Positions 38,144 to 50,900 of a stretch of 64,000 nucleotides of DNA are shown here, one piece after another. Made by a program: the position numbers and the translations under genes. The stretch covers positions 19,034,001-19,098,000 of the forward strand of contig OX597837.1 in assembly GCA_951406725.2 (NCBI GenBank). The letters are read 5' to 3'. Under the pieces are notes generated by a model that did no database searches, was not told the DNA's origin, and saw only the letters and a list, made by a program, of their open reading frames with translations. Within the stretch, counting starts at the first letter, position 1. The number at the start of each line of letters is the position of its first letter. This DNA comes from Octopus vulgaris (Eukaryota).

Positions 38144-41100
38144 ACCTGTGCAAGCACGGAAAACGGACGTTAAACGATGATGATGATGATACATAGAGAA
38201 GATAGTCAGAGGTATAAGAGTATGATCAATCCTGGGTGTTGTACTCACCAAATTTATCTCTTGCTGGTTGAAGGTCTGTGTATACTCCAATGGCTCTCAG
38301 AATATCTGGTTTGGTTATGTCAGGGTATTTATACTGAAAACGAAAGAGACAAAGTAATACTTTAATATTATTCTATATACATAAACAAAATATTTTTAGG
38401 CTGCTTTTGAGAACTACTAGTAACATGTAACCCAGTACAGCCTGTTGCATGTTTGGGTCATCAGCAACTAAACCGGTAACCCCACCAAGTTTGCTTGGTG
38501 AGTAGGGTGATTGTTAAACACCCTACTGGGTGAAAAACAAGACCTGTCAAAGGATGGAAGAACTCATGAGTAGTCAATGGCCATTCAACAACGAGTACAT
38601 ACGTGTGGAATGTGTGTGTATGAGAGTATATATATATATATATATATATATCATCTTTGTATATTCATATTTTTATATTCCTTTATATATATACACTCAC
38701 GGGGGAAGGCATCCAGCTGTAGAAACACTGCCAAATCAGACTGGAGCCTGGTGCAGCCTCCATGTCTTACCAGACCCTGGTTGAACCGTCCAACCCATGC
38801 TAGCATGGAAAACGGACGTTAAATGATGATGATGTTCACATACAAAAGTAGTAGTGATTATTGTTGGCAATGCAGCTTAATTTTCTTCACCATTTTTTTT
38901 ATTAAGAGTGTATTCTAGGTGTAGTTTACACGGTGCATGAATGACCTGATGTAGGGTATGAACACATTTATCTCAGAAAGGAATTCAAAATGGCAACACA
39001 CACAATCATATACATACAAACATACACATACATGCACACACATACACAAACACATACCTAGAGAGAGGCAGACAGACAGTGTCAGATAGTCCACAATGAA
39101 GTCTTCACCTCTCTCTCTCTCTCTTCCTACCTGTTGCTTTGCCACCTCGGTAGTTGCTGTTGCGAAAGAGGTAGTATGGAAGACGAGAGTGAAAGGAATT
39201 GCAACAGGCATGTTCATCTCCAGTCTTGAGCTAATCAACTTTTTCGTTTTCCACATGAAACGGAAAGTAAAAGTGGAGAAGAAATGCCTGTCGCAAAGTG
39301 TGTTTCGTTAAAGATGGAAGTCTATAGCAAGTATGCTGCGAGTGAAAGAACCTGTTTAAATGAGAATATAAAAAGGAGAAAGCAAAGTCTTCAGTGTGAG
39401 TATGTGGTTTGCGGGGTTGACTGAGTCCTCTGCTTCATTTTTTGTAAATTACTTGTTCTCATTTAGTGTGTATATTTTAATTGTTTATTTATTCATGTTT
39501 CGTCTCATTCGATATCCTGACCCCAATGCTTGTTTTGTCTGTCCTCGTATCGTCCCCTCTTTTTCTCAACCTCATTCATGGTTGATAAAGAAATTGACTG
39601 GAATTGTTTTAGTTGTGTCTTCAAGCTCTTTCTCTTGCTATTAAAACAATAAATGTCCAAAATGATTCAGTGTTTCAATTGAAAAACACAAATGTATTAG
39701 ACAGTTTTTGTTTAGGATATGGTATCGAATATTTGCTGTGGTTGAAAACACAAAACAAACACCACCTTTCTTTGAGTCACCACTCACTCCTCTTTCATAT
39801 ATATATGTCTTGTAGCCGTATGAGTAGGAAAGCATGTATTCAATGAGCAATAAGAAAAATGAACTTTTATTGTCAGTCCTTCAGGAGTGTTGCTGTGCAC
39901 TGTTTGTGAAAATAGTTCTTCCTACCATAAAAAAAAAAAATCTTAACAGGATACTACTAAATACAACTTCAGTTCAAGACAGAAGGAAAACTGAAGCTAA
40001 AGCTGGATCTAAGTGATAAAGAATAAAGAGCAAAAATCAAAAGACACTGAAATAGATTTGTTGAAAGTTGTGAAACTTTGACAATGAAAGAGGCATCCTA
40101 TGAAATTGTTTAACATTGACCCCACAAAATTGAAGCCTTACTTTGAAGGAGAAGAAATTGTTACAATGTCTAAGTATTTGTAAGATGTTTTGGTAATAAA
40201 AATATCGAAAGAAAAGTAGTTAAGAGAACACTGAAGAACTCTCATGACACATATTTTATAAATTTGAACAAGAAGTTTGCTTCTCAACCACATGGTTCTG
40301 GGTTCAGTCATACTGCATGGCACCTTGGGCATGTGTCTACTATAGCTCTGGGTCGACCAAAGCCTTGTGAATGGATATGGTAGATGGAAACTGAAAGAAG
40401 CCTGTCATGTGTGTGCATGTAGTTATCTCCCACCACTGCTTGACAACCAGTGGTGGTTAGTGGTTTGGCAAAGTAGACCAACAGAATAAGTACCAGGCTT
40501 TAAAAAGAAATAAGTACTGGAGTTGATTCCTTTCACTATATTACTGATAGCTTCCGTTACCTAGGTGACCAAGTCAGTAGCGGGGGCGGGTATGCTGAAA
40601 GTGTAACTGCTTGAGTAAGAATAGCCTGGGCAAAGTTCAGATAGCTCTTACCTCTGCTGGTGACAAAAGGCCTCTCGCTCAGAATAAAAGGCAGACTGTA
40701 TGACGCGTGTGTACGAACAGCCATGCTACAAGGCAGTGAAACATGGGCCATGACTGCTGAGGATATGCGTAAGCTCGCAAGAAATGAAGCCAGTATGATC
40801 CGATGGATGTGTAATGTCAGTATTCATACTCAACAGTGTAAGTACCTTGAGAGAAAAGTTGGACCTAAGAAGCATCAGATGTGGTGTGAAAGAGAGACGA
40901 CTGCGCTGGTATGGTCATGTAGCGAGAATGGATGAAGATAGTTGTTTGAAAAAGTGCTACACCCTAGCGGTTGAGGGAACCTGTGGAAGAGGTAGACCCA
41001 GGAAAATCTGGGACGAGGTGGTGAAGCATGACCTTCGAACTTTAGGTCTCACTGAGGAAATGACCAGAGACCGAGACCTTTGGAAGTATGCTAAGTGTGG

Positions 41101-44100
41101 GAAGACCCGGCAGGGCAAGTGAGACCATAACCCGTGGCCTCTACCTGGGATGTAGTCAGTCCACTTATGCATACCTTTCCTTCTTGTGACACAAAACTCT
41201 ACTTGTGAAGACCTGTTGATGCAAGTGAAAATCAAAATCGACCAACATCAATGGAAATTGTAGCTGTGATACCAGTGCCGGTGGCGCGTAAGAGAACCAT
41301 CGGAACGTGGCCGTTGCCAGCCTTGTCTGGCCCCCCGTGCCAGTGGCATGTAAAAAGCACCATCCGATTGTTCCGTTTGCCGCCTCGTCTGGCACCTGTG
41401 CCGGTGGCACATAAAAAGCACCCACTATACTCACAGAGTGGTTGGCATCAGAAAGGGCATCCAGCCATAGAAACATTGCCAGATCAGACTGGGCCTGGCG
41501 CAGCCTTCTGGCTTCCCAGACCCCAGTTGAACCGTCCAACCTATGCTAGCATGGAAAGCAGATGTTAAACGACGATGATGATGATGACTGAAGGTAAGTG
41601 CCCCAGCATGGCCAGAGTCTAATGACTAAAACAAGTAAAAAGTTTCTACTTTTAGAAGAATCGATTAAAATATGGTGAAAAGAATGAGGTCATTAGAAGA
41701 GTCATTGGGAACTTGTTTTCAAGATTTTGCAGAACAAGGCTGGCATAAACCTATTTTTTCCCTTAGTGAATGACAATGTTATCAGCCACTCTGATGGGCA
41801 TGATGCTAAGTAGTCACCTAAATCATTTCATTCCTGTGTGAAACTGATTTGTAAGATCAGCTGAAATGGGTCTACAAAACTGTACATTATTAAAATTACT
41901 ACACACACACAAATGCATATGTTTATGTATATATATATATACATACACACATACACATATATAGACATACATATTGAATGTGTTAATGTGTGTTATTCTA
42001 ATAACCCTTTAGCATTTACACCATTCTTATCCGGCCCAAATATTCTGTTTTATGCACAGACTGGCCATACTCAGCCTCTCACACCTACCCTATGATGTCA
42101 TACTAAAAATAAACAAGCACATCATCAAAATATCAACACAAAAAGATAATGCATGACAAATTCAAAGCAAAGTGAATACATGACTATTACGTTAGACAGA
42201 CTAATCTGAATAAGAAAGGGTGAAACATGACTCAAATGCGATGTGTTTTAATATTCAAAACATTTCCCCTGTTCATGAACAATGCAACTCTGAAGGAGGG
42301 AAGTTCACACGCAGCACACACTTGTAGGTAAAAGAAGTGAGAGACCACAGGGATGTCATCTTAATAATAAGTCAAGGTCACTGCAGACACTCCCCCTTTT
42401 CCTAAAGTCCATGACCTTGCCATGGTTAGCAGATATCACACTCCTTCCATCTCTGTTGCCGTCAGTTTTATTCTATAAGTCTTTGACAATCACCCCTACT
42501 TCCAGTCGGCACAGCCAAGACTACACTGCTCACCACCAACACAATTAATACTACTTTTATTCCGTTACTAGTCTTACAATTACCATCACTACCACCTCCT
42601 TCATCACTATCACTCAAATAACCACTGCTGCCACAATTACCATCACCATTACTACTAAAATTGCAACTACAATTACCACATTTGTCATTACTACTATCAC
42701 CACCACCACCACCATTTCAACTAACATTGCTATAAATATAAGGCAGGAAGGGAATGTACATGTTTCTATATGTGAATGTGTGTGTGTGCATATGTGAAAG
42801 AGTGAGGGAGAAAGACAGATAGAGAGTGTGAAGGGTGGAGAGGAGCAGTTAGAATCTGAAATACTTATCTGCCATTACAATTGCACCAAACCAAAAGTAT
42901 GTCCTGTCAGTACCATTTTCATATAATTACTGCCAGGAATGTCAAACTCTTTAACTATTCTCACCTTGTAATAACTAACAGCCAGCTGCTACACACAGCC
43001 TCAGATATGGCTTCCCCCTTCAGTTGGATCTAGCATCACTTTTCAACAATCAGTATTCCTGTTGTTACCCACTCATTTAATAATAATGTTAAGTGGCGCA
43101 GTATTCTACAGGCCCTTGTGCCCTTAATGTAAAACACAAGCACAAGAAGTATACGCTAGAAGAGGTTTGTACATCACACATACTTGCACATTTCACAATT
43201 TCCATGGAGACTTAGTATAATATTGTATGTGGCTGAGTATTTCATAGACACTAGCATTCTTTAATGCAATACACAAGTGGACTCAACAATGCAAAGCTGG
43301 CCCTTTGAAATACACTTAACCTTCCAAGAGGCTTCGATACAGTTTCTGTTGACTCACTTTCACTCACAAGACTTGAGTCCATACTTGATGCCTGTCCAAA
43401 TGCTGTGCAGCTGAATTGAGATTGGTACCTTCAGGATTGCAAAGTGATTTTGTAACCATTTGTGTGATTTGAGACTGTTCTGTACAATGGTCAGGATCGA
43501 GGACTACAAAAATGGAAATGTCTGGAGTGACAGTGACTTTGATTAGTTAACTGATCAGAACATATTTTGGATTCCACCAATGGAAAGAGACTTCCAAAAG
43601 AACCAAAAACATGACCAAATGAGCCACTCAACAAACAATATGCATGAGGAAAATCTTCAATGTCAGTCTTTTAACATTAGAAATCATCATCATCATTTAA
43701 TATCCACTTTCCATGCTGGAATGAGTCGGACAGTTTGACAGGATCTGTTGTGACTAAGTACTGCATTATGATCCAGTATCTGCTTTAGCATGGTTTCTAC
43801 AGTTGGATGCCCTTCCTAACATTAGCCATTAAACAGCATGTACTGGGTGCTTTTTTTTTTCTGTGCCAGCAAGCAGCTTGTAAGATTATGCACCCCAAGG
43901 GAAGGAGTGATTGGTTTTATGCTAGGAGATGAGAGGTTAAAGTATGAGGGGGGGGCGAGCAGGTTCTTGTAGAAAGGCTGCATGGTCATTAACATTTAGT
44001 AGGCGAGTAGGAGAGGGAGAAAGTGATCAGTAGCAGCTGTAAAGAGATAAAATATGGAAAGGTAAAAAAAAAAAAAGTATATATTTCAAATAGATACTGT

Positions 44101-44882
44101 GGGTATTTTGGTTTTAGAAATAGTGCACCGTGTCTCATATCATATGGAGCAAATAAAAGAGTCAACAACAGGAAGGGTGACCAGATGTAAAATACTGGCT
44201 GGGTAATTTTGATGACTATTGTTATGGGGTTTGCAAACTATAGTTTGTTTGTTCATTTAATGTCCATGTTTCCATGCTGGCAAGGTTTGCATGGGAACTG
44301 ATGTTGATGCTAGATTTTATGGCCTAATGCTCATTCTGTTGCCAACCCTAACTTGTGTTTTTGATAAGGGATTTAGGTTTCAAATATTTTCTAACCATTA
44401 TTTACTTGGTGACACAAGGGCCAGTAGGAAGAAGGCTGTTAGGCAGCAGAAGTTGCCTCACGATGGCCGTCATCATCATTTAATGTCTTCCTTCCATGTT
44501 GGCATGGGTTGGATGGTCTGACCAGGAGACGCAAACCCTGGAAGGTGTTAGTGTTGACTGGACAAAAGCTGGGGCTTGATCAATCCTACCTGAGTTGCCC
44601 GGGCAAGAGTGTTTTATATTGAAAGAAGCAAAACATCTAATGACACCCAGGAAACATCACTGACAATATGTCCAGGTGCATCACAGGATGATGCATATAA
44701 AAAAAGTTCAAGAATTTTTTAATGTTTTGAAAGAAAAGAAGGTAATTTTTCAGAGTAACCTAAAAGAAAAGGGGCTTTTAGATTCTTGCGTTCTAGAAAC
44801 AGGAGGCTGAAAAAACTTGAAAACAGTGCCCCAGAAAGGATGCATTCCAATAGCTGAAATCAGTATAAGGATAAGAGTGTAT

Positions 44883-44939
<57 letters not shown>

Positions 44940-47900
44940 ACAAATGACTCAACGCTAGTTTTGTACGTAACATTTGTGACATGAAAGTCTCTCTTAGTCT
45001 ACAATGTAAACAAATACATATTATTTACGTAACTATTACAACACGCTAATTTAGTCTGACAAGTGCTGTACACGAAACTTGAGTCTAAGTACTGAGGTGT
45101 TTTTAGATTCAACAATAAATTCTGAAAAATGAACACGATGTTTGACAGTCGGAAATTACGGTTAATATATTTACTTTATAAAACCAAAAAAAGTATAAGT
45201 GTAAAAAAAAATGTGTATTAAATGAATGAGAAAAAAATTTGCGGGAGAAAAAAAAAATTTTTTTTTGGGGGGGGGAGGCTTTCGAAAAGAAAGAAATTAG
45301 CCTTCGGAAATGAACACCTTTCAGGAGTGAGCCAAACGAACAATCTTATTGGCTGTTGAGCACAATTTAAGCACACTCAAAACAACAGCTAATTCGCCCT
45401 CAACTATTTTTTCATAGTGAAACTATATTCAACACCGTATTTATGAATGTTTCTTTCACCAGGAAATTTGGGATCTTTTTTAAAACCTTTTTCTATTACT
45501 CAAGCGAAAAATTAATTTAAAAAACTTTTTTTCATTACACTCAAGCAAACAAATAATTTATGAATTTCTTTCTCTTTGAAAGTCCTCTCACCCCACCCCA
45601 CCTCGGAAAAAATTTTCCCCCCACAAATTTCTTTATAATCGGTTCGTTGGCGTAAATTTTTGTTCTTCATATTCCTTTAATACACCTTTTCGTTTTTTAC
45701 ATCTATTACACTTGTTTTCTTTTTTTGTTTTGGTAACCGGGTGTTAAAGTAAACATTAACCGAAATTATATAAAGTATCAAAAATCGTAATTTCTTCAGA
45801 TGTGTGTTTTAAGCCATCATAGATTATGATTCTATACTTTTATAAAGAGTGAGAGTTAGACTCCCCACCCCTGCCACCACCTCTTCTGGAATTTTTCAGT
45901 TTTGATTTCGTTTTCAAAAAAAATTTAATCAGAATCTCATCTGAAATTACGATTCTCCAAAAAAATGCTAATTTTTAAAAAAATATAGGCCAGAGGAAAT
46001 TTCCGTAGGGTGGAAACAAAAAATACGGCTTTTAACATACCTTTTATGCTTCACTTATTTCAGCCGTTAGATTGCAGCCAAGCTGGGGCACCACCTAAAT
46101 GGGTTTCATCGGACAAATCGACTCCAATTCTACGTTTTTCGCTAAGTTACGAGGACGTAAACCAGCCAACATATGGTGGTAGGATTTAAACACAATGACT
46201 CACACACAAACGTGCGTGTGTGTGTGTGTGATTATATATATATGTGTATGTATGTATATACACACACACTACGAGCTTCTTTCAATTTCCGTCTAACAAA
46301 TCAACCCACAAAACCCGAGCGATAGTGGAAGACACTTGCCCAAGGTGCCACAGAGTGGGATTGAACCCTGAACCATGTGGTTGGGAAGCAAACCTCTCAA
46401 GACATAACCACGCCGGCTCCTTAAAAAAACGCTTCACGAATTTGTATGCCATCTTTGCGCAGGGACTGTGCTAATTAACATTCTAATTAACTAGAGCGTT
46501 TGACCCGGTCATAAAAACAACAAAAAAATAGTGTAATAGGTGTAAAACAACTTCCACTAAACGAATATGACAAAAAAAATGCACGCTCGCGAAAGGGGTG
46601 GGTGGGGGAGAGGCCTCGGAAAATTCACATCGTGAATTAAACGCTTTAGTTTGACCGAAATCCGGGGTAATAAAGTCGGAGATGGGAGAAAATAATGATT
46701 CGAAATTTCTCCAAAAGAGTTATTTTATCAACATAATAATCGTAACCACAACACAAACTTCCATTACAAAATACGCTTTTTCAAAAACATAGAAAGTTAG
46801 CGAGGGAAGGATGCGGTCATCATTACTGGTTGTTGTTATACACCTTCTAAAACAAACCATACAAATCTGCACATATACATACATACAAAAATACCCTGAT
46901 GTTGAAATTCCAATGAAGGAGCGAACTTTGGATCTATGTTAGAAACTGGTTCTTTCTCTCTTGGCAAGAAATCTTGAAATAAAACTGAATGATAACATAC
47001 ATACATAAGGCGCGCGCACAGAATGGTTTCGTGAATAAATGACAAAAACTGAAATATGAATGTCTCCCCAACTGCACAAAACAGATTTTAAACAAAGGTT
47101 AGTAACCAACACAATCCACCTTTAAACCAACCAACAGTTTCAGATGTGGTTGCTTCTGCCCGAAACAACTCAGCAATGTGAACATGTGGTGAAAGTTTTG
47201 TCTGCTACAATCGAAATCTACCCTATCGCACCAAAGGAACGAAAGACACTTTCAAACATTATATGAGATGGCACAGATAGTGTAATAAGACTCGGAATGT
47301 CTTGCTTGATTTTCAGATTCTTATTAAAACAGTCGAAAATGACGTAACAAGGAGTTCAACTTGTTCCAGTCGGAAACCGTCGGACGTCTACGTGGAAGAA
47401 AGAAACAAGAATTCTAAGTGAAAGTACTGAATGCCGAGAAGGGAGAAGACAAAGTTGTAGAAACAATTTTTCTCTTAGTTCATCAGACAATAAAAAAGTA
47501 AGACTCTGATCTCTTCGTTCGAGGGTATAATCAACAAAATTTACAAACTTGGCTATTTTTCCCCCACTTTTCTTTTTTAACAATCTTTTTGGGGCGGACC
47601 TGGCGCACAGTACCCCCTCCCCCGAAACCGACCTTTCCGATGTTTTTTTTCTATTTTTTCACCGAATTCCTATGTTTTCGATGACAGAGATTCTAAATAT
47701 GCAAACAACCATGTTTTCAAAATGTTTACTCCTTCACCCACTAAATTTTAACTTTTTTCGAAATTTTCTTTCTGCATGGGAAAACACGGAGATAAAGAAT
47801 ATGGGAAAAAAAATTTGAAATTTTCTATGAAAAACTCCAAAGCTGATCTACAACTTCTCACCACTCCACACTCCATCCCGCTATTCCAAAAGTGAAAATG

Positions 47901-50900
47901 AATGACTGTTCTGTCAGTTTGCGCATGCGTAGATTTATAGTGAAACAAGCAAAAGGATCACAGCATGTGAAGCCCTGATGAAACTTGATATTCTAAAAAT
48001 AACAGCTAAATGTTTGGAGAACTTTTGTGTTTGTGTGTGCGTGCACGCAACAATTTCTATAGCTTATCCGAATGAATAGAGAAAGTGGAAAGACTCCCCC
48101 CACCATTTTCTCCCAAATTTGTTTATTTTTGTGATTTTTTTTGCCAAAAACCCCCGTTTTCGGATACGGAGAAAAAAATTGATTTCAATTGGAGTTGAAC
48201 TTTCCCCCACTCCTGAACCTCAAAGTTTCACATCTATGTCAATTTTAATGCCAAGCCACAAATTATTTTCGTGTTGTGTTTATTATACAAGTTTTTACGT
48301 TAGTCACGAACTATTTATCCACAACCAACATTTGTGTGAAAACCGTAAGGGAATACTGAACTTGCGCAATGTCACAACTCTGAATTTCTTTTTAATTGTG
48401 ATAATGAAACAAAGGGTTTGGCCCTTGCCGCCAAAATTAATTTCTCTTGCAAAAGAGAGGGTGGCATATTCTCTCTTTTTCAATATTAAATTAGAAGAGA
48501 GAATATGTTGTCACCAAAAGCGTTAAAACTTTACTAACTTAATCGATCTGTCACTGAACCAGAATTTTAACTTCATTTGATACACACTTTGCTATCATTT
48601 ATATGGAAAATTGCAAACATGACTTATAAAGATTATTTTAATGAGTATATTTCCGTAAATGTTTTCCTTGCGCACTAACCCGCTCCCCTCCACACACCTG
48701 CTCATATATGCATGCAGATACGCATGGCTGAAACTTTCGAATGAAGAACACAAACATAGGTGCTGAGCCAGGGACTAAACTTGTAGTATTTTGTTGGGAT
48801 TAAACCAATGATTTGACAGCAAGGTACGTAAAAAGTACTTTTCTGAAACAAACTTTCTGTGTAGTACTGTTGCATGCGCATTCCCACAAACACTTTCACA
48901 CAATCGTTGGTTACTGATGAACACAATTGTGATTGGATAAGAATTTGGTAAATATTTACAATAACACCATACTTGCTAAATACTAACCCTAACCCCCAAA
49001 TTCGTTTACAACACATTCAATGACATCGAAATAGTGTTCAGCGAGTATGGTGTAATTGTAAATTAATACCAAAGGTAACTTTTAAAGCGAAAAAACAAAA
49101 CTGACGTATACGACAGGTATGTAAAACCTGTATCTGTGTACTTTCTCTGTTCATTCGGATAAGCTGTAGAAATTGTTGCGTGCACGCACACACACAACAC
49201 AAAAGTTCTCCAAACATTTAGCTGTTATCTTTAGAATATCAAGTTTCGTGATGAGGGCTTCACATGCCGTGATCCTTTTGCTGTTTCACTATAAATCTAC
49301 GCATGCGCAAACTGACAAAACATCCGTTCATTTTCACTTTTAGACAGCAGGACGGGGTGATGAGGAGTTGGAGATCAATTTTGGAATTTTTAATAGAAAA
49401 TTTCAAATAAATTTTCTATTTCCATATTCTTTATCTCCGTATTTTCCCATGTAGATTGATAGATAAGATTTCGGAAAAAGTTAAAAATTGAAAACTGGGG
49501 GTGGGGGATTAAACATTTTGAAAAGGTGGTCTTTTGCATATTCGGAATCTCCGTCAACGAAAACATCGGAATTCGGTGAAAAAAAAACTAAAAAAAAGAT
49601 CAGAAAGGTTGGTTTCGGCGGGGGACTGTGCGCCAGGTCCGCCCTTTTTTTTTTTTGGCAAGGTTAAATATTTCTACTACTCACAAAAATCTACAACTAT
49701 AAAAAGCACGACATGCTTAAGGAGTCTCTGCAGTCAACTGGACTTGTTAAAAACAGTAGCCAAACTTCACACAAAAGTTTTGCTAAACAACAACAGCCTA
49801 GTAAGTATCATCACCACCACAACACATTCCAACATTAACACCACCAATAGTACAGCTACACACAGACTACGACAACAGCATAAAAAAACAACAATGCCAT
49901 CACACTGCTTTCACATATACAACTTCACCATAACAACCACCCCAGAAACACTATCACCATTGCTGGAGTGTCTTATAGGTCTTGTCTAAAGGAAGGACAC
50001 ATCAAGTAATGTCCTGGATACGTTATCTGAAGGTAAGATAAGATAATAATTGGAGTATCTTTGATTATAGGTCTGCTTAATTAGAGTTTACCTAGGGCTA
50101 AACAACAACCCGCAAGACTAGATTATACCACCACCTGGCTGTGTAGGTGCCGGTATTGTTGTGTGGTTGGTTAAAATGTTTGCTGCCCAAACCACAAGAT
50201 TTCAGGTCCACTTATGAGAGATTGTCAAATGGAAACTGAAAGGTGGTGAAGATGTGGGGAAAAGATAGAGACATAAGATGCTGGAGAGTACTAAAGAGGT
50301 GAAAATATCCTGTAAAGTGGTTGGCGTTAGGAAGGACATCCAGCTGTAGAAACCATGGAGCCTGGGTAACTCATCAACTGGCTAGCTCCTGTCACACTGT
50401 CCAATCCAAGCCAGCATGGAAAATGGATGTTAAAGGATGATACACATACGTTTCTTCCAGTTTCCATCTACCAAATCCACTGCCAAAAGGGAAGCTAGGA
50501 GACAGGTCTATTTAGCCGGAGGGGAAACAAATAAGAAAAAATTTGCCAATGTTCTGTGCCGTGAGGATGAAAGACTTGAGGTGTTTCGTGTTGCAAGACA
50601 GTGTGTGAGGGAGAATCGTGATGTGGTAGGAGAGAAATGTGTTCGCATGGATGATGGTTCACTTGAGCTAAATGAGGATGCAAAGAGAGAGGTTTGGAGA
50701 TGCCACTATGAAAGGTTGCTGAATAAAGAAAATGAATGGGATAAAGAGTCTGCCGAATGTTGACCCAACAGAGGGACCAGCTATCAGGGTTGATAGTTCC
50801 TTGGTAGTTAAGGCAATTAGAAGCATGAAGGCAGGGAAAGCCCCAGGCCCATCAGGAATCACTGCAGAGATGCTCAAAATATCTGGTAGTGTTGGCTATA

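Noticed and set aside
38443-38468. Minus-strand gttg-CTGATGA-ccc-AAAC-atg-caac hammerhead-like string
   Set aside because: Lacks stem II, the G of GAAA and a UH cleavage site; at best a deleted relic
46430-46452. Candidate TSG101 exon 1 (AAGATGGCA, MAYKF)
   Set aside because: Weak donor, runs into a SINE head, no similarity; 58024-58074 fits better
47120-47185. Candidate phase-0 first exon MFTLLSCFGQKQPHLKLLVGLK
   Set aside because: Weak GTGGAT donor and no resemblance to TSG101 N-termini; an alternative first exon cannot be excluded without RNA data
47975-47990. CTGATGA-AAC as hammerhead or C/D snoRNA box; also TCATCAG at 47480
   Set aside because: No stem II or cleavage triplet; motif is not preserved in the opposite arm of the inverted repeat
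48983-48997. Telomeric (TAACCC) repeat
   Set aside because: Only two units; insufficient for an interstitial telomere
49534-49989. 151-aa plus-strand ORF
   Set aside because: Spans the inverted-repeat arm, poly-T and an old repeat; low complexity, no motif
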